From the sequence record NZ_AP019725.1: DNA of 64,000 bases; one strand, 5' to 3'. The notes beneath the pieces are model-generated. The model was not told where the DNA came from, ran no database searches, and saw only the letters and a list, made by a program, of their open reading frames with translations. The translations under genes and the position numbers were made by a program. Shown one piece after another: positions 30,631-39,242 of the stretch; positions within the stretch are counted from its first letter, which is position 1, and each line of letters begins with the position of its first letter. This stretch comes from a plasmid.

Positions 30631-31584
30631 TTAGGAAGCATCAGATTTCAATAATGACAATTTTAAAGAGCCATCACACAACAAATCATAATATAAATAA
30701 AGCAACGGTTTTAAATAAGACCGGATAGCCGGAACCTGCAAATATATTTTCTTATTTACCATAACACACGAAAGCTTTTCATAACCGTTTGGTATATGCT
30801 TATTAAGCTGAGAGATAAAATTAATAATCTTTTGAGGAGTAGGCCAGTTCAAGAACTGAATGGTCACATTCATATCATCATAACTAACAGATAATTTATA
30901 AGAAAGATCTTGTGAGGTAACGAGAGAAGAAATAAGAAGCAGAGCCTCTAAATAATTGCTACCAGCCATTACTATTATATCTCTATCACAAGATATTTTT
31001 GACAAAACATAATCAATCAGCAAAGTTGAAGATGAAGAAAGCAAATATCCTGTTGAGTCTGGATCACCGGATTTATCCAGACCAAAGAACAAGACAGGAT
31101 CCCAGCAGATATATACAGAGCCAGACTTATCTGTGCGTATTGAAGCCAGGCACTGATTATCGTCAAACAAAAGTCTTGTATTTCCCTTAACTGGATCAAA
31201 TTGAAAAAGATTGCGATAGGCATTCAGTCCAGATTTATCCTGATGTATAGATTTGAGCAAATAGCCATGCAGTCCAAATACATGTTTTAGTTTCACATAT
31301 GTTTCTTTTGCCGAAACATCAAACAAATAATCTATTATTTGTTGTCTGCTGCAACGAACAGGCAGGGAAAACTCTTCGCAATCTTCCAATTCTTCTAAAT
31401 TAACCTTCAGTAATTCAGCCAGCATAATAACCGAAATATCCGTAAAACCGTATAATTCCATACAGCAAATTACGTTATTTTCATTACAATAAATGAGATA
31501 ACCCCTATTGTTGATTCTATAAAGGCGAAAAAAATCACCATACTCTACTGGAGTATATTCTTTGAAAAGCGACTGGAAATTCAT
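30631..31584 (-). CDS. Hypothetical protein (317 aa), AT-rich gene
   Basis: Clean ORF upstream of HU on the same strand. A DKSGDPDSTGY / IIVMAGSNYLE segment is faintly Toprim-like, but no confident motif was found. Confidence 0.45.
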   Translation of the reverse strand: MNFQSLFKEYTPVEYGDFFRLYRINNRGYLIYCNENNVICCMELYGFTDISVIMLAELLKVNLEELEDCEEFSLPVRCSRQQIIDYLFDVSAKETYVKLKHVFGLHGYLLKSIHQDKSGLNAYRNLFQFDPVKGNTRLLFDDNQCLASIRTDKSGSVYICWDPVLFFGLDKSGDPDSTGYLLSSSSTLLIDYVLSKISCDRDIIVMAGSNYLEALLLISSLVTSQDLSYKLSVSYDDMNVTIQFLNWPTPQKIINFISQLNKHIPNGYEKLSCVMVNKKIYLQVPAIRSYLKPLLYLYYDLLCDGSLKLSLLKSDAS

Positions 31585-31595
31585 ATTTGATATTT

Positions 31596-31790
31596 TTAAA
31601 GTGACAAATCATTATTTTTATGTTTCTTTTTCCGTTTCAAAGGCGGAAGATCATCTTCTCTATTTTTCCTGCTACCGCCAGTAATATCAATATCCGGTAT
31701 AAAAGGAAGAGCAGAATGTGACATATACTCATTATCGCGTTCTAAAGACTCTCGCCACTCCCCTACCCTGTATATCGTGTTATCATGCAA
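31596..31790 (-). CDS. Hypothetical small basic protein (64 aa)
   Basis: ORF immediately upstream of the 317-aa gene. Lys-rich C-terminus. Confidence 0.3.
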   Translation of the reverse strand: MHDNTIYRVGEWRESLERDNEYMSHSALPFIPDIDITGGSRKNREDDLPPLKRKKKHKNNDLSL

Positions 31791-32048
31791 TAAAGGCTCT
31801 CTATCAAAATGGCTCTGTATATTAGCATAGGTAAATTTGCGAGATATATCGGAAGCCTTAAATTCAAATGGAATATACCTATCTTTGGCAACAAGAATCA
31901 GTTTGCCAGTGCTGCAAGTGTCAGCCCGGAACAGATAGGTAGAATAATAAAGTTGGAACGGGATTTTGGATATACATTAAAAAGAAATTTAAGATTGCCA
32001 GCTGGAGCGTTCGGAGAAAACTGTGGTGCTACTTAGTTAATTGCAGAT

Positions 32049-32474
32049 ATGGAAGTAAAGTATGGAGTTTATAAAGTTGTCGGTTCAAAATCTGAACTGG
32101 TTATAGCTTATGGAGAACCGCACGTACCAATGAGGACGAGACGAAAATATGCCGGCAAGAAAGCCAAAATTAAGGCTATAGAACAGCTTACCGGCAATGT
32201 AATGGATACTCATCTATCGACAAGTGAAATTAATGCTTATATTGGCCAATATATTTTTGGAACTTCTCAATGGGCAGAGTATCATCGATTATTTGAATAT
32301 TTTGCCAGTGAACTGGAACAAGTTCCGGAACCAGTAGAACTGAAGTTTCTTGTGATAGTTGAGTTTGATGAAGCAATGTGTAGGCCTGATGATGATCGGC
32401 TTATTTACATGGTGAAACAAGCTTTGGAAAATAACTCTATAGACATATATAGGGGCTTCAAAATCCAATCATAA
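32049..32474 (+). CDS. Hypothetical protein (141 aa)
   Basis: ORF with a plausible start. No motif recognised. Confidence 0.35.
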   Translation: MEVKYGVYKVVGSKSELVIAYGEPHVPMRTRRKYAGKKAKIKAIEQLTGNVMDTHLSTSEINAYIGQYIFGTSQWAEYHRLFEYFASELEQVPEPVELKFLVIVEFDEAMCRPDDDRLIYMVKQALENNSIDIYRGFKIQS

Positions 32475-32593
32475 CTTTCTCCATCCAGGCAATTGATAAC
32501 AAATAGGGAGAAGCATGAGACGTCAAATCGAATGACAAACAAATCAATATATTATAATTTAACGTCTTTCTTTTCCTACTTTGTTACTTTCAA

Positions 32594-33481
32594 CTAATCT
32601 ATTGGTATGTTAAAATCTTGTCGCAGTTTGAATTTTACTAAAGTTGATGTTGCTATCTTATGAAAATCAGGATCTTCTTCAATTCCGGATAACATTGTGT
32701 ATATTTCATGTATAGTTTTATCTTCTCTTTTAATAATTTTTTCTTCAATAAATGGATAATCGAATGGATATAGCTTCTTCAATTGTTGCATTATAAACTT
32801 CATATATTCAGGTCTCAGCCTTGCAAGACGTAATACATCAATTTCATTGATAATATCAAAAGCCACAGTGCTTATTTTACTTCCACGTCCGATTACAGCT
32901 CGCCCTATATTTATTTTTATATAAAATGGCAAGGAGCCTTCCTGGTATAATTTGCTAATAACTTTTTCAATAGGAATTAAAATCCGGCTTTTCAACATTG
33001 CATTTGTATAATTAATGCCAAGTATTGCTTTAAGTTCCTCGGGTGATGTTTTATATGTTTTTCCTTTGGATATTATTTCATATAATACATCGCTTTTCAT
33101 ATTAAATTTTGATAATGCATTTAAGAATACATTTGCGATATATGTATTCTCTATAGTTGATTTATCAGCATGATATAAATAAATAGATAATGCATCTGTA
33201 TTGTGTTTTATTTCTATTCCAGCATTGTGCTCATCACATGATATAACAAGTGGACGCATTTTAAAACCGCTTTTAGTAACTTCTCGAACAACAGTTTGAT
33301 GATAGAGTGCGAGAATTGAAAAAAAAGCACTTTGGTTTGGGAAGTATTTATAAATGCTCTCCCATGAAATATAGGATGTTATACAATAACTCTTTTTTTG
33401 ATTTGAAAAAGAGCTATATATTTGCTCATCGAATAGAGCTAATAGTGAGCGGAAGCTATATGATGATAATTTATTTGACAT
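32594..33481 (-). CDS. Hypothetical protein (295 aa), second gene of an AT-rich two-gene operon
   Basis: Overlaps the upstream gene by 11 nt (translational coupling). No recognisable catalytic motif. Confidence 0.5.
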   Translation of the reverse strand: MSNKLSSYSFRSLLALFDEQIYSSFSNQKKSYCITSYISWESIYKYFPNQSAFFSILALYHQTVVREVTKSGFKMRPLVISCDEHNAGIEIKHNTDALSIYLYHADKSTIENTYIANVFLNALSKFNMKSDVLYEIISKGKTYKTSPEELKAILGINYTNAMLKSRILIPIEKVISKLYQEGSLPFYIKINIGRAVIGRGSKISTVAFDIINEIDVLRLARLRPEYMKFIMQQLKKLYPFDYPFIEEKIIKREDKTIHEIYTMLSGIEEDPDFHKIATSTLVKFKLRQDFNIPID

Positions 33482-34811
33482 TATAACAAACTTTTAAATT
33501 AGCTGGAAAATATTTAAGAAGAACACGTTGAAAATCATCAATAAAATATGTTTCAATAGTATTATATACATTATATGAAGTTTTGAATGTCAATATACAT
33601 TCTGTGTCAGTTTCTCTATAGTCATAAAAATTTAATTGTGAAAATAGATCTTTAATCTGTGTACTGGCAGAACTTTCTTTGATATGAGTTATACATTCTG
33701 CCCAATAACGGATACCCGCAGCCGTATCTTTTTCTTCTTTTTGAAATAATGGTGCATCTTTTATCTTGGATTGATCTATTTTAGAAGAGTTTGGATTTAT
33801 TCCATATCGTCTGAATATAAAGCATAAATAATTAGTCTTTTTATTTATATGTGAAGTTTCTGTATTTTCATATTTATATAAACGCAGCCATAAATGTATA
33901 ATTTTATCACTATCCATCAGTCGTATTTGGTTCAATATATTTATTCTATATTTCTCTAAGTGTTTTCGTAAGAAATTGTCTATTTTCATAAATGATTCTT
34001 GTGCTTCAATATCCTGCCGTTTTGTACGACTATCATTATGAACAGTGAATTCCCATCCCGCAATTTTTTTACATTTTCCTACCAACTCTCTTCGTTCTTG
34101 ATATGTAAAGAAACGAGGTGATAAACCTGCATCGAAAAGCTTCTTTATTTCAGTTTGTGTGGGAATAAGTATTTTATCAAGAATATTTGTTACATTATAT
34201 TTAATATCAAATTTTTTGTTTATTTCGGTAGGAGTTAAAAAGAATTTGTAATTATCACGAGGATCATCATGTTTTAGCATTTCCCAATACATTTCATATG
34301 TGTAAGATGATTTGAAAAATGTTGTCAAATTATAATCTAAGGAAGTGTAAGATGTTCCATTAGTTATAATATATATTTGTAAAATCTCTGGATCTACATT
34401 CAGATGTAACCCTGTATCGTCTAATCGAGCACGAGAAAACAAGCTCATATAATCAAAGTTACCGTCAGCGTCCGGTTCACCTTTTATTTTCATAAAATCT
34501 CTAATCATCTTATCAATATCCTTTTTCCAATTTGGAGTCGGATACCATTCTCGTAAAACCTCTGGTGGAATATCAAGTTTTAATATCCGCTGATTACGTA
34601 TGTATTCTTGCAAATCAGTATTCAGAAATTGAATATATCTCTCTATCAATAATTGGCTACGGCTTCGAACTATTGAAGTTGTAAAGCCTGGAGCTTGTTT
34701 ATTACGTTTAAGCAGGGCTTCTTCTTCGCTACTTATCGGTATATTCTCTTGTTTGACTTGGACCATAATTTTTATATTTGCCACAAATATAAGAAGATAT
34801 TTTAATAACAC
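33471..34811 (-). CDS. Hypothetical protein (446 aa), first gene of an AT-rich two-gene operon; candidate iteron-binding replication/partition protein
   Basis: Long clean ORF. An iteron-like repeat array lies about 175 bp upstream. An alternative start MVQVKQ is at 34766. Confidence 0.5.
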   Translation of the reverse strand: MLLKYLLIFVANIKIMVQVKQENIPISSEEEALLKRNKQAPGFTTSIVRSRSQLLIERYIQFLNTDLQEYIRNQRILKLDIPPEVLREWYPTPNWKKDIDKMIRDFMKIKGEPDADGNFDYMSLFSRARLDDTGLHLNVDPEILQIYIITNGTSYTSLDYNLTTFFKSSYTYEMYWEMLKHDDPRDNYKFFLTPTEINKKFDIKYNVTNILDKILIPTQTEIKKLFDAGLSPRFFTYQERRELVGKCKKIAGWEFTVHNDSRTKRQDIEAQESFMKIDNFLRKHLEKYRINILNQIRLMDSDKIIHLWLRLYKYENTETSHINKKTNYLCFIFRRYGINPNSSKIDQSKIKDAPLFQKEEKDTAAGIRYWAECITHIKESSASTQIKDLFSQLNFYDYRETDTECILTFKTSYNVYNTIETYFIDDFQRVLLKYFPANLKVCYNVK

Positions 34812-34986
34812 GTACTGTTATAAAGAAAATAAATAATTGAAAGTGTAATAGGAGTCTTATTCAGCTATTGATAATCAACAAAAAAGAAATGTTAATTCAT
34901 ATGCTTAAAAATGCTAATCATATTAACACTTATTTACAGCTTTCATCTAATTCACGTAGACCCAGAATTTTCTACAACTAAATGAG

Positions 34987-35150
34987 CGTACCTTTCCAGA
35001 GGTGAAAGCGTACCTTTCCAGAGGTGAAAACGTACCTTTCCAGAAGTGAAAACGTAACCTTTCCAGAGGTGAAAGCGTTTTCCAGAGGTGAAAACGTAAC
35101 CTTTCCAGAAGTGAAAGCGTTTTCCAGAGGTGAAAACGTTCCTTTTTAAA
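34987..35150. repeat. Iteron-like tandem direct repeats, 7 full plus 1 partial unit of 19-23 bp (CGTA(A)CCTTTCCAGARGTGAAAR / CGTTTTCCAGAGGTGAAAA)
   Basis: Units at 34987, 35009, 35031, 35053, 35076, 35095, 35118 and a partial at 35137. They are contiguous with no spacers, so this is not a CRISPR array. The array sits upstream of the 446-aa gene and beside the mob module. Confidence 0.8.
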
Positions 35151-35860
35151 TCTCTAATTATCAAGTAATTACGAATGTTAAAAAAAGATGCTTAGCTTTA
35201 GCTATAATATTAGCTTCTTTTTTGCTAAAGATATTACGAAAAACACTTCTAAAATAAAATCATCCATGCAAACAAATGAATCAATAATGAAAAGCAACAA
35301 ATAGGGAAAATAAATCAAAAAATTAAACTGAGTGTTTTAGGGCTATTTTAAGGCCCCTTTTGTGCTTGACAAGCCATTTCTTCAAAATCTAATAAAAGTT
35401 CCAAATTGGGCAAAAAACAAGCCAATAGGATGTGTTTTGGAAGCGAATGTCATTAGCGTTGCAGTTGTATCCTGATGAGATTTTTTCAAGAAGTTTTGTA
35501 GTCGCATAAGTTAGCAAATATTTTTTAGGATTTATATTGTAAATTAATTTCATATATTATTTCCCTAATAGTAGCTTTACTGATGAGGGAAATGGAACGA
35601 AGTGTAATGTGATTAGCAAGAAGAGTTCACGCAAATTGTGAACTTAATAACGCAAAGCGTTATATATTAGATAGTTATAAAATACATAATATTTTTTAGG
35701 TAGAATTTTGGTAGAATTTATATAATTAATATCTTAATTTAAAATGATTTATAAGGTGGAATGTTAAAAATATTCTAATTTATAAATGCCATATAATCAG
35801 CATATTAATTTTTCATATATTGTTTTTTGGTGGAAAATAGGTGGAATTATTAATATTAAC

Positions 35861-35868
35861 TATCTTTG
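35861..35868 (+). promoter_or_regulatory. Candidate Bacteroides -7 element TATCTTTG (TAnnTTTG) 22 nt upstream of the mobA ATG
   Basis: Matches the Bacteroides sigma-ABfr -7 consensus. The nearest TTTG upstream is 31 nt away, so the -33 spacing is not canonical. Confidence 0.3.
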
Positions 35869-35890
35869 TTGCAATAAAATAGATAATTAA

Positions 35891-36475
35891 ATGGCAGAGG
35901 AATATAAAAGTATAAAGATTAAAGAGGATGTAAAGAATAGACTTGATAGATATAAAAAGAGATGCAGTTATTCAGACTGCCTGGATGAGATGCTTGGGTA
36001 TTTCGAGCTGACCGGCGTAGAGCCCCGTCTTGGTCAAACACCTCCAGTTGCTACTTTTGTTTCTACCATGAAGTCTGGCAATGCTGTTTTATTGAAGAGA
36101 ATGGATGATCTGATAAAGATTCTACGTAATATTGAGATTAATAAGATTGATCCCATATTACATAGTGTTGAGGATGGATTTTTCTCGGATAGAAGTAATA
36201 CTCCAGAAGTAGGGTTAAGTGTTTCTGAGGAGGAATTATACCAGGTAATACAAATGAATGAGAAATTGAAATCGGATATACGAAATAAAGATATACTTAT
36301 ACAAAAACTTCGGTCGGATGCTATTGAAAATAATGTTATTCAGGATATTATATCTGATATTGAAGAACTATTATCTGACAGAATTCTTTCTTCTAATAAA
36401 GACGGTTTCTTTCTATTGTCTCGCGAGCATAGAGATCAACTAATAAGAAAAATTAGAACATATATCAATGTATAG
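35891..36475 (+). CDS. mobA: MobA-like mobilisation accessory protein
   Basis: 194 aa. First gene of a three-gene module followed by a relaxase and a coupling protein, which is the arrangement of Bacteroides NBU/Tn4555-type mob operons. Confidence 0.5.
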   Translation: MAEEYKSIKIKEDVKNRLDRYKKRCSYSDCLDEMLGYFELTGVEPRLGQTPPVATFVSTMKSGNAVLLKRMDDLIKILRNIEINKIDPILHSVEDGFFSDRSNTPEVGLSVSEEELYQVIQMNEKLKSDIRNKDILIQKLRSDAIENNVIQDIISDIEELLSDRILSSNKDGFFLLSREHRDQLIRKIRTYINV

Positions 36476-37397
36476 CAAATTGCATCGTCCAGAAAAAAAT
36501 GAGTTGGGAGTGTCAGTTAATGCAGGCAGTTGTGTTAAATTGGCTCATTACTTGGATAAGGAATCTGGTAGTGGAAAATTCTTTTTTTCGCAAAATCAGG
36601 ATAGTGTGCCTTTGACCGAAGTAATACAAAAAATAGACAACAATAAGAAAACACTTAAAAACAATCAAGATAAATTCTACATGTTATCCTACAATCCTTC
36701 ACAAAGGGAAATTGCCCATTTGATTAAAGAGGTGACAGGAAAAGATAACGTGGTAGCTCTTTCTTCACTGACGGATAAGGAGATTGAAAAAGTTGTCTCT
36801 GAATTCCAGGATTACGTAAGGGACTGTATGGATATATATGCTAGGAATTTTAATAGAAATAAGGATTTGTCAAGTGAAGATCTTCTCTGGTTTGGAAGAG
36901 TGGAAACTGAACGGCATTATACATATCTTGATGAAGAGGTTAAGGATGGCTTAAGAAGTAAGGGAGACTTGAAAGAAGGATTGCAGCTTCATGCTCATGT
37001 TATAGTTTCCAGGATGGACGTTACTCAGACCATATCATTGTCGCCTCTGGCTAAAAGTATGGGAAATGTTAATGTTCTTAATGGGAAAGCCGTGAAAAAT
37101 GGTTTCAGCATGAAAGGGTGGCAGGTAGACTGCTTTCAGCATTTCGGTAATAAATATGGATATATAGCAAATGCAGATGAACGCTTTTACTATCACGATA
37201 GCAGTTATTCCAGCTATAAAAATAAGATTCAGAATAAGATTATACATGAGGTAATGGAGGATATGAAAGAGGAGAGGCAATTTATGACTGGTGCAAGAAA
37301 TATTACTCTAATTCTTCATCCAACAAAGAAATCTGTCAAGTTGTATTTAAAGCAAAAAATTAAAAATATTTTATTGGAAAATGAGTCAGTGATATGA
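36468..37397 (+). CDS. mobB: Relaxase/mobilisation nuclease (MobB-like)
   Basis: HAHVIVSRMD (HxH metal motif of relaxases). 309 aa. Overlaps mobA by 8 nt. Confidence 0.65.
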   Translation: MYSKLHRPEKNELGVSVNAGSCVKLAHYLDKESGSGKFFFSQNQDSVPLTEVIQKIDNNKKTLKNNQDKFYMLSYNPSQREIAHLIKEVTGKDNVVALSSLTDKEIEKVVSEFQDYVRDCMDIYARNFNRNKDLSSEDLLWFGRVETERHYTYLDEEVKDGLRSKGDLKEGLQLHAHVIVSRMDVTQTISLSPLAKSMGNVNVLNGKAVKNGFSMKGWQVDCFQHFGNKYGYIANADERFYYHDSSYSSYKNKIQNKIIHEVMEDMKEERQFMTGARNITLILHPTKKSVKLYLKQKIKNILLENESVI

Positions 37398-39025
37398 GTT
37401 TGATTTTTATTGAATGTTTGTTTCTTTCTGCATGTTTGATTTTTCTTATGGGCATTAATCCATTTGTAAAAAAATGGAAAAATCTTGTATTGTATGCTTG
37501 TGGAGGTTTTTTTCTTACTTTGATAGTTTCGTACGTATTTCTCTGTTTTTTTGAGGTTCAATTATCCTTTTATTTGATTGCTGTTTTTTCATTATTTTTT
37601 GTTGCCAAATATTTGCTCAATGAATCTGGTGTCGAGAAAGCCAAGCCTAGAAAAGACGAAGATACATTTATTCTTGGCAGCGAAAGCGGTCAGCTTGAAT
37701 TCTATTATCCACGTGATAATTTCATGGTTTTGGGGGGTGCCGGTTCCGGTAAGACTGCCTCGATAGGTAAGCCCATTCTTGAACAGTATATACGTTATGG
37801 ATGGGCAGGATTCATCTATGATTATAAAGATTATGATTATACGAAGACAGCTTGGAACCTGGTGCAGAAGTATAAATATCCTTATAAGTTCTATTATATA
37901 AGTTTCACGGATATGTCACGTACATATAGGTTTAATATTCTTAATAAAAATGTGATTCGTAATGAAACGATGCTCTTCCAGGCGATGACAGACTTCTTTA
38001 ATGCAATGAAACCTGAGAAAGGTAATACTGATGAATGGTTTCAGGCTGCGCTTGGATTACTTTGTGGTGTGGCGGTGAGATTCTATAAATTTCAGGGTGA
38101 TTACGAGAAGTATTGCACCCTTCCGCATATTCTCAATTTCATCCTGATGGCCACACCGGAACAATTGACGCGTTTTCTGGAGGGGGATATGATGTCTAAG
38201 ATGAAAGCTGGTGCGTTTCTTGGCTCCAAGGGCAGTGAACGTACCCAAAGTTCTGTGATATTTTCCATCAATAACTATATCAGTAATTTAGCTACTAACA
38301 AGAACGTATGTTATGTCCTTTCTGGTAATGATTTTATCTATGACTTGATAGATCCGGAAGATCCGAAGCTCTTTGCTGTTTCAAATAACTTTGCGATTGA
38401 GAGTATGATTTCTCCTATTGTAGCGATGTTAGTTCCCCTTGCTGCACGTCGGATTGAGTTTGGTAATCGTGTGAAATTCGCATTTGTTCTTGATGAAATG
38501 ACTACCGTTAAAGTGAATGACTTCCAATCTTTGCCATCGGTCTTGAGAGAATATGGCGTTTCATTTCTTGTATTGACACAATCCGGTACGAAATTCGATA
38601 AATTGTATGGTAAGGAGGATAGGGTTTCCATTATGGCCAATTTTGCTAATTTATTCCTGGGGAAAACAAAAGATGTGGAAGCATTGAAGTATTATCCCTT
38701 GTTTTTTGGAAAGGAGGAGAAGGAAAAGAAAAGTATTTCCGCGGGGTCCAGTTCCGGTCGATACAATAGTAGTGTTACCAGGAGCAAACAGAAGGAGGAA
38801 ATTTATGATAGCAATAAATTTGCTGAATTGCAGAAAGGAGAATTTATACTTTCTGCAGGGGAGTCTAATGTAAGCCGAATAAAAACACGGTTTGAAAAGT
38901 TTTCACTGGATGAAAAACCGTTACCGATAGTGAAGTTAACAACTGACAGGGAGGTGGAACAGAATTATCGACAGATTGGAATTGACTGTGAGAAGCTTTT
39001 GAATGAGCTTTGCCCGCTCCAATGA
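37394..39025 (+). CDS. mobC: Type IV coupling protein (TraG/VirD4-family, MobC-like)
   Basis: Two N-terminal TM segments. Walker A GGAGSGKTAS. Walker B-like FVLDEMT. 543 aa. Overlaps mobB by 4 nt. Confidence 0.8.
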   Translation: MSLIFIECLFLSACLIFLMGINPFVKKWKNLVLYACGGFFLTLIVSYVFLCFFEVQLSFYLIAVFSLFFVAKYLLNESGVEKAKPRKDEDTFILGSESGQLEFYYPRDNFMVLGGAGSGKTASIGKPILEQYIRYGWAGFIYDYKDYDYTKTAWNLVQKYKYPYKFYYISFTDMSRTYRFNILNKNVIRNETMLFQAMTDFFNAMKPEKGNTDEWFQAALGLLCGVAVRFYKFQGDYEKYCTLPHILNFILMATPEQLTRFLEGDMMSKMKAGAFLGSKGSERTQSSVIFSINNYISNLATNKNVCYVLSGNDFIYDLIDPEDPKLFAVSNNFAIESMISPIVAMLVPLAARRIEFGNRVKFAFVLDEMTTVKVNDFQSLPSVLREYGVSFLVLTQSGTKFDKLYGKEDRVSIMANFANLFLGKTKDVEALKYYPLFFGKEEKEKKSISAGSSSGRYNSSVTRSKQKEEIYDSNKFAELQKGEFILSAGESNVSRIKTRFEKFSLDEKPLPIVKLTTDREVEQNYRQIGIDCEKLLNELCPLQ

Positions 39026-39242
39026 CATATTTTTATCTCCAATGGTGTGAATTAAGGTATTAAAGAATCATTTTGACTGTATTGTTCTATTTTTTGACTA
39101 TATTGTTGTATGATAATATATTTTAAATGGCTATTTTTATAAACAATCGGTGAAATTGCTTTGATGACAAGGTGGGATTTATTACGAATTCATGCCCTGA
39201 TTGTGTGTGAAGGATATCACTATATAATCTTTATTAAATTTA

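Noticed and set aside
34987-35150. Possible CRISPR array
   Set aside because: The repeats are contiguous with no unique spacers, units are 19-23 bp, and no cas genes are nearby. This is iteron-like, not CRISPR.
34952-35164. 70-aa ORF MIIRDLKRNVFTSGKRFHFWKGYVFTSGKRF... on the minus strand
   Set aside because: It is simply the translation of the tandem iteron-like repeats (periodic FTSGKRFHxWKG). It is not a gene.
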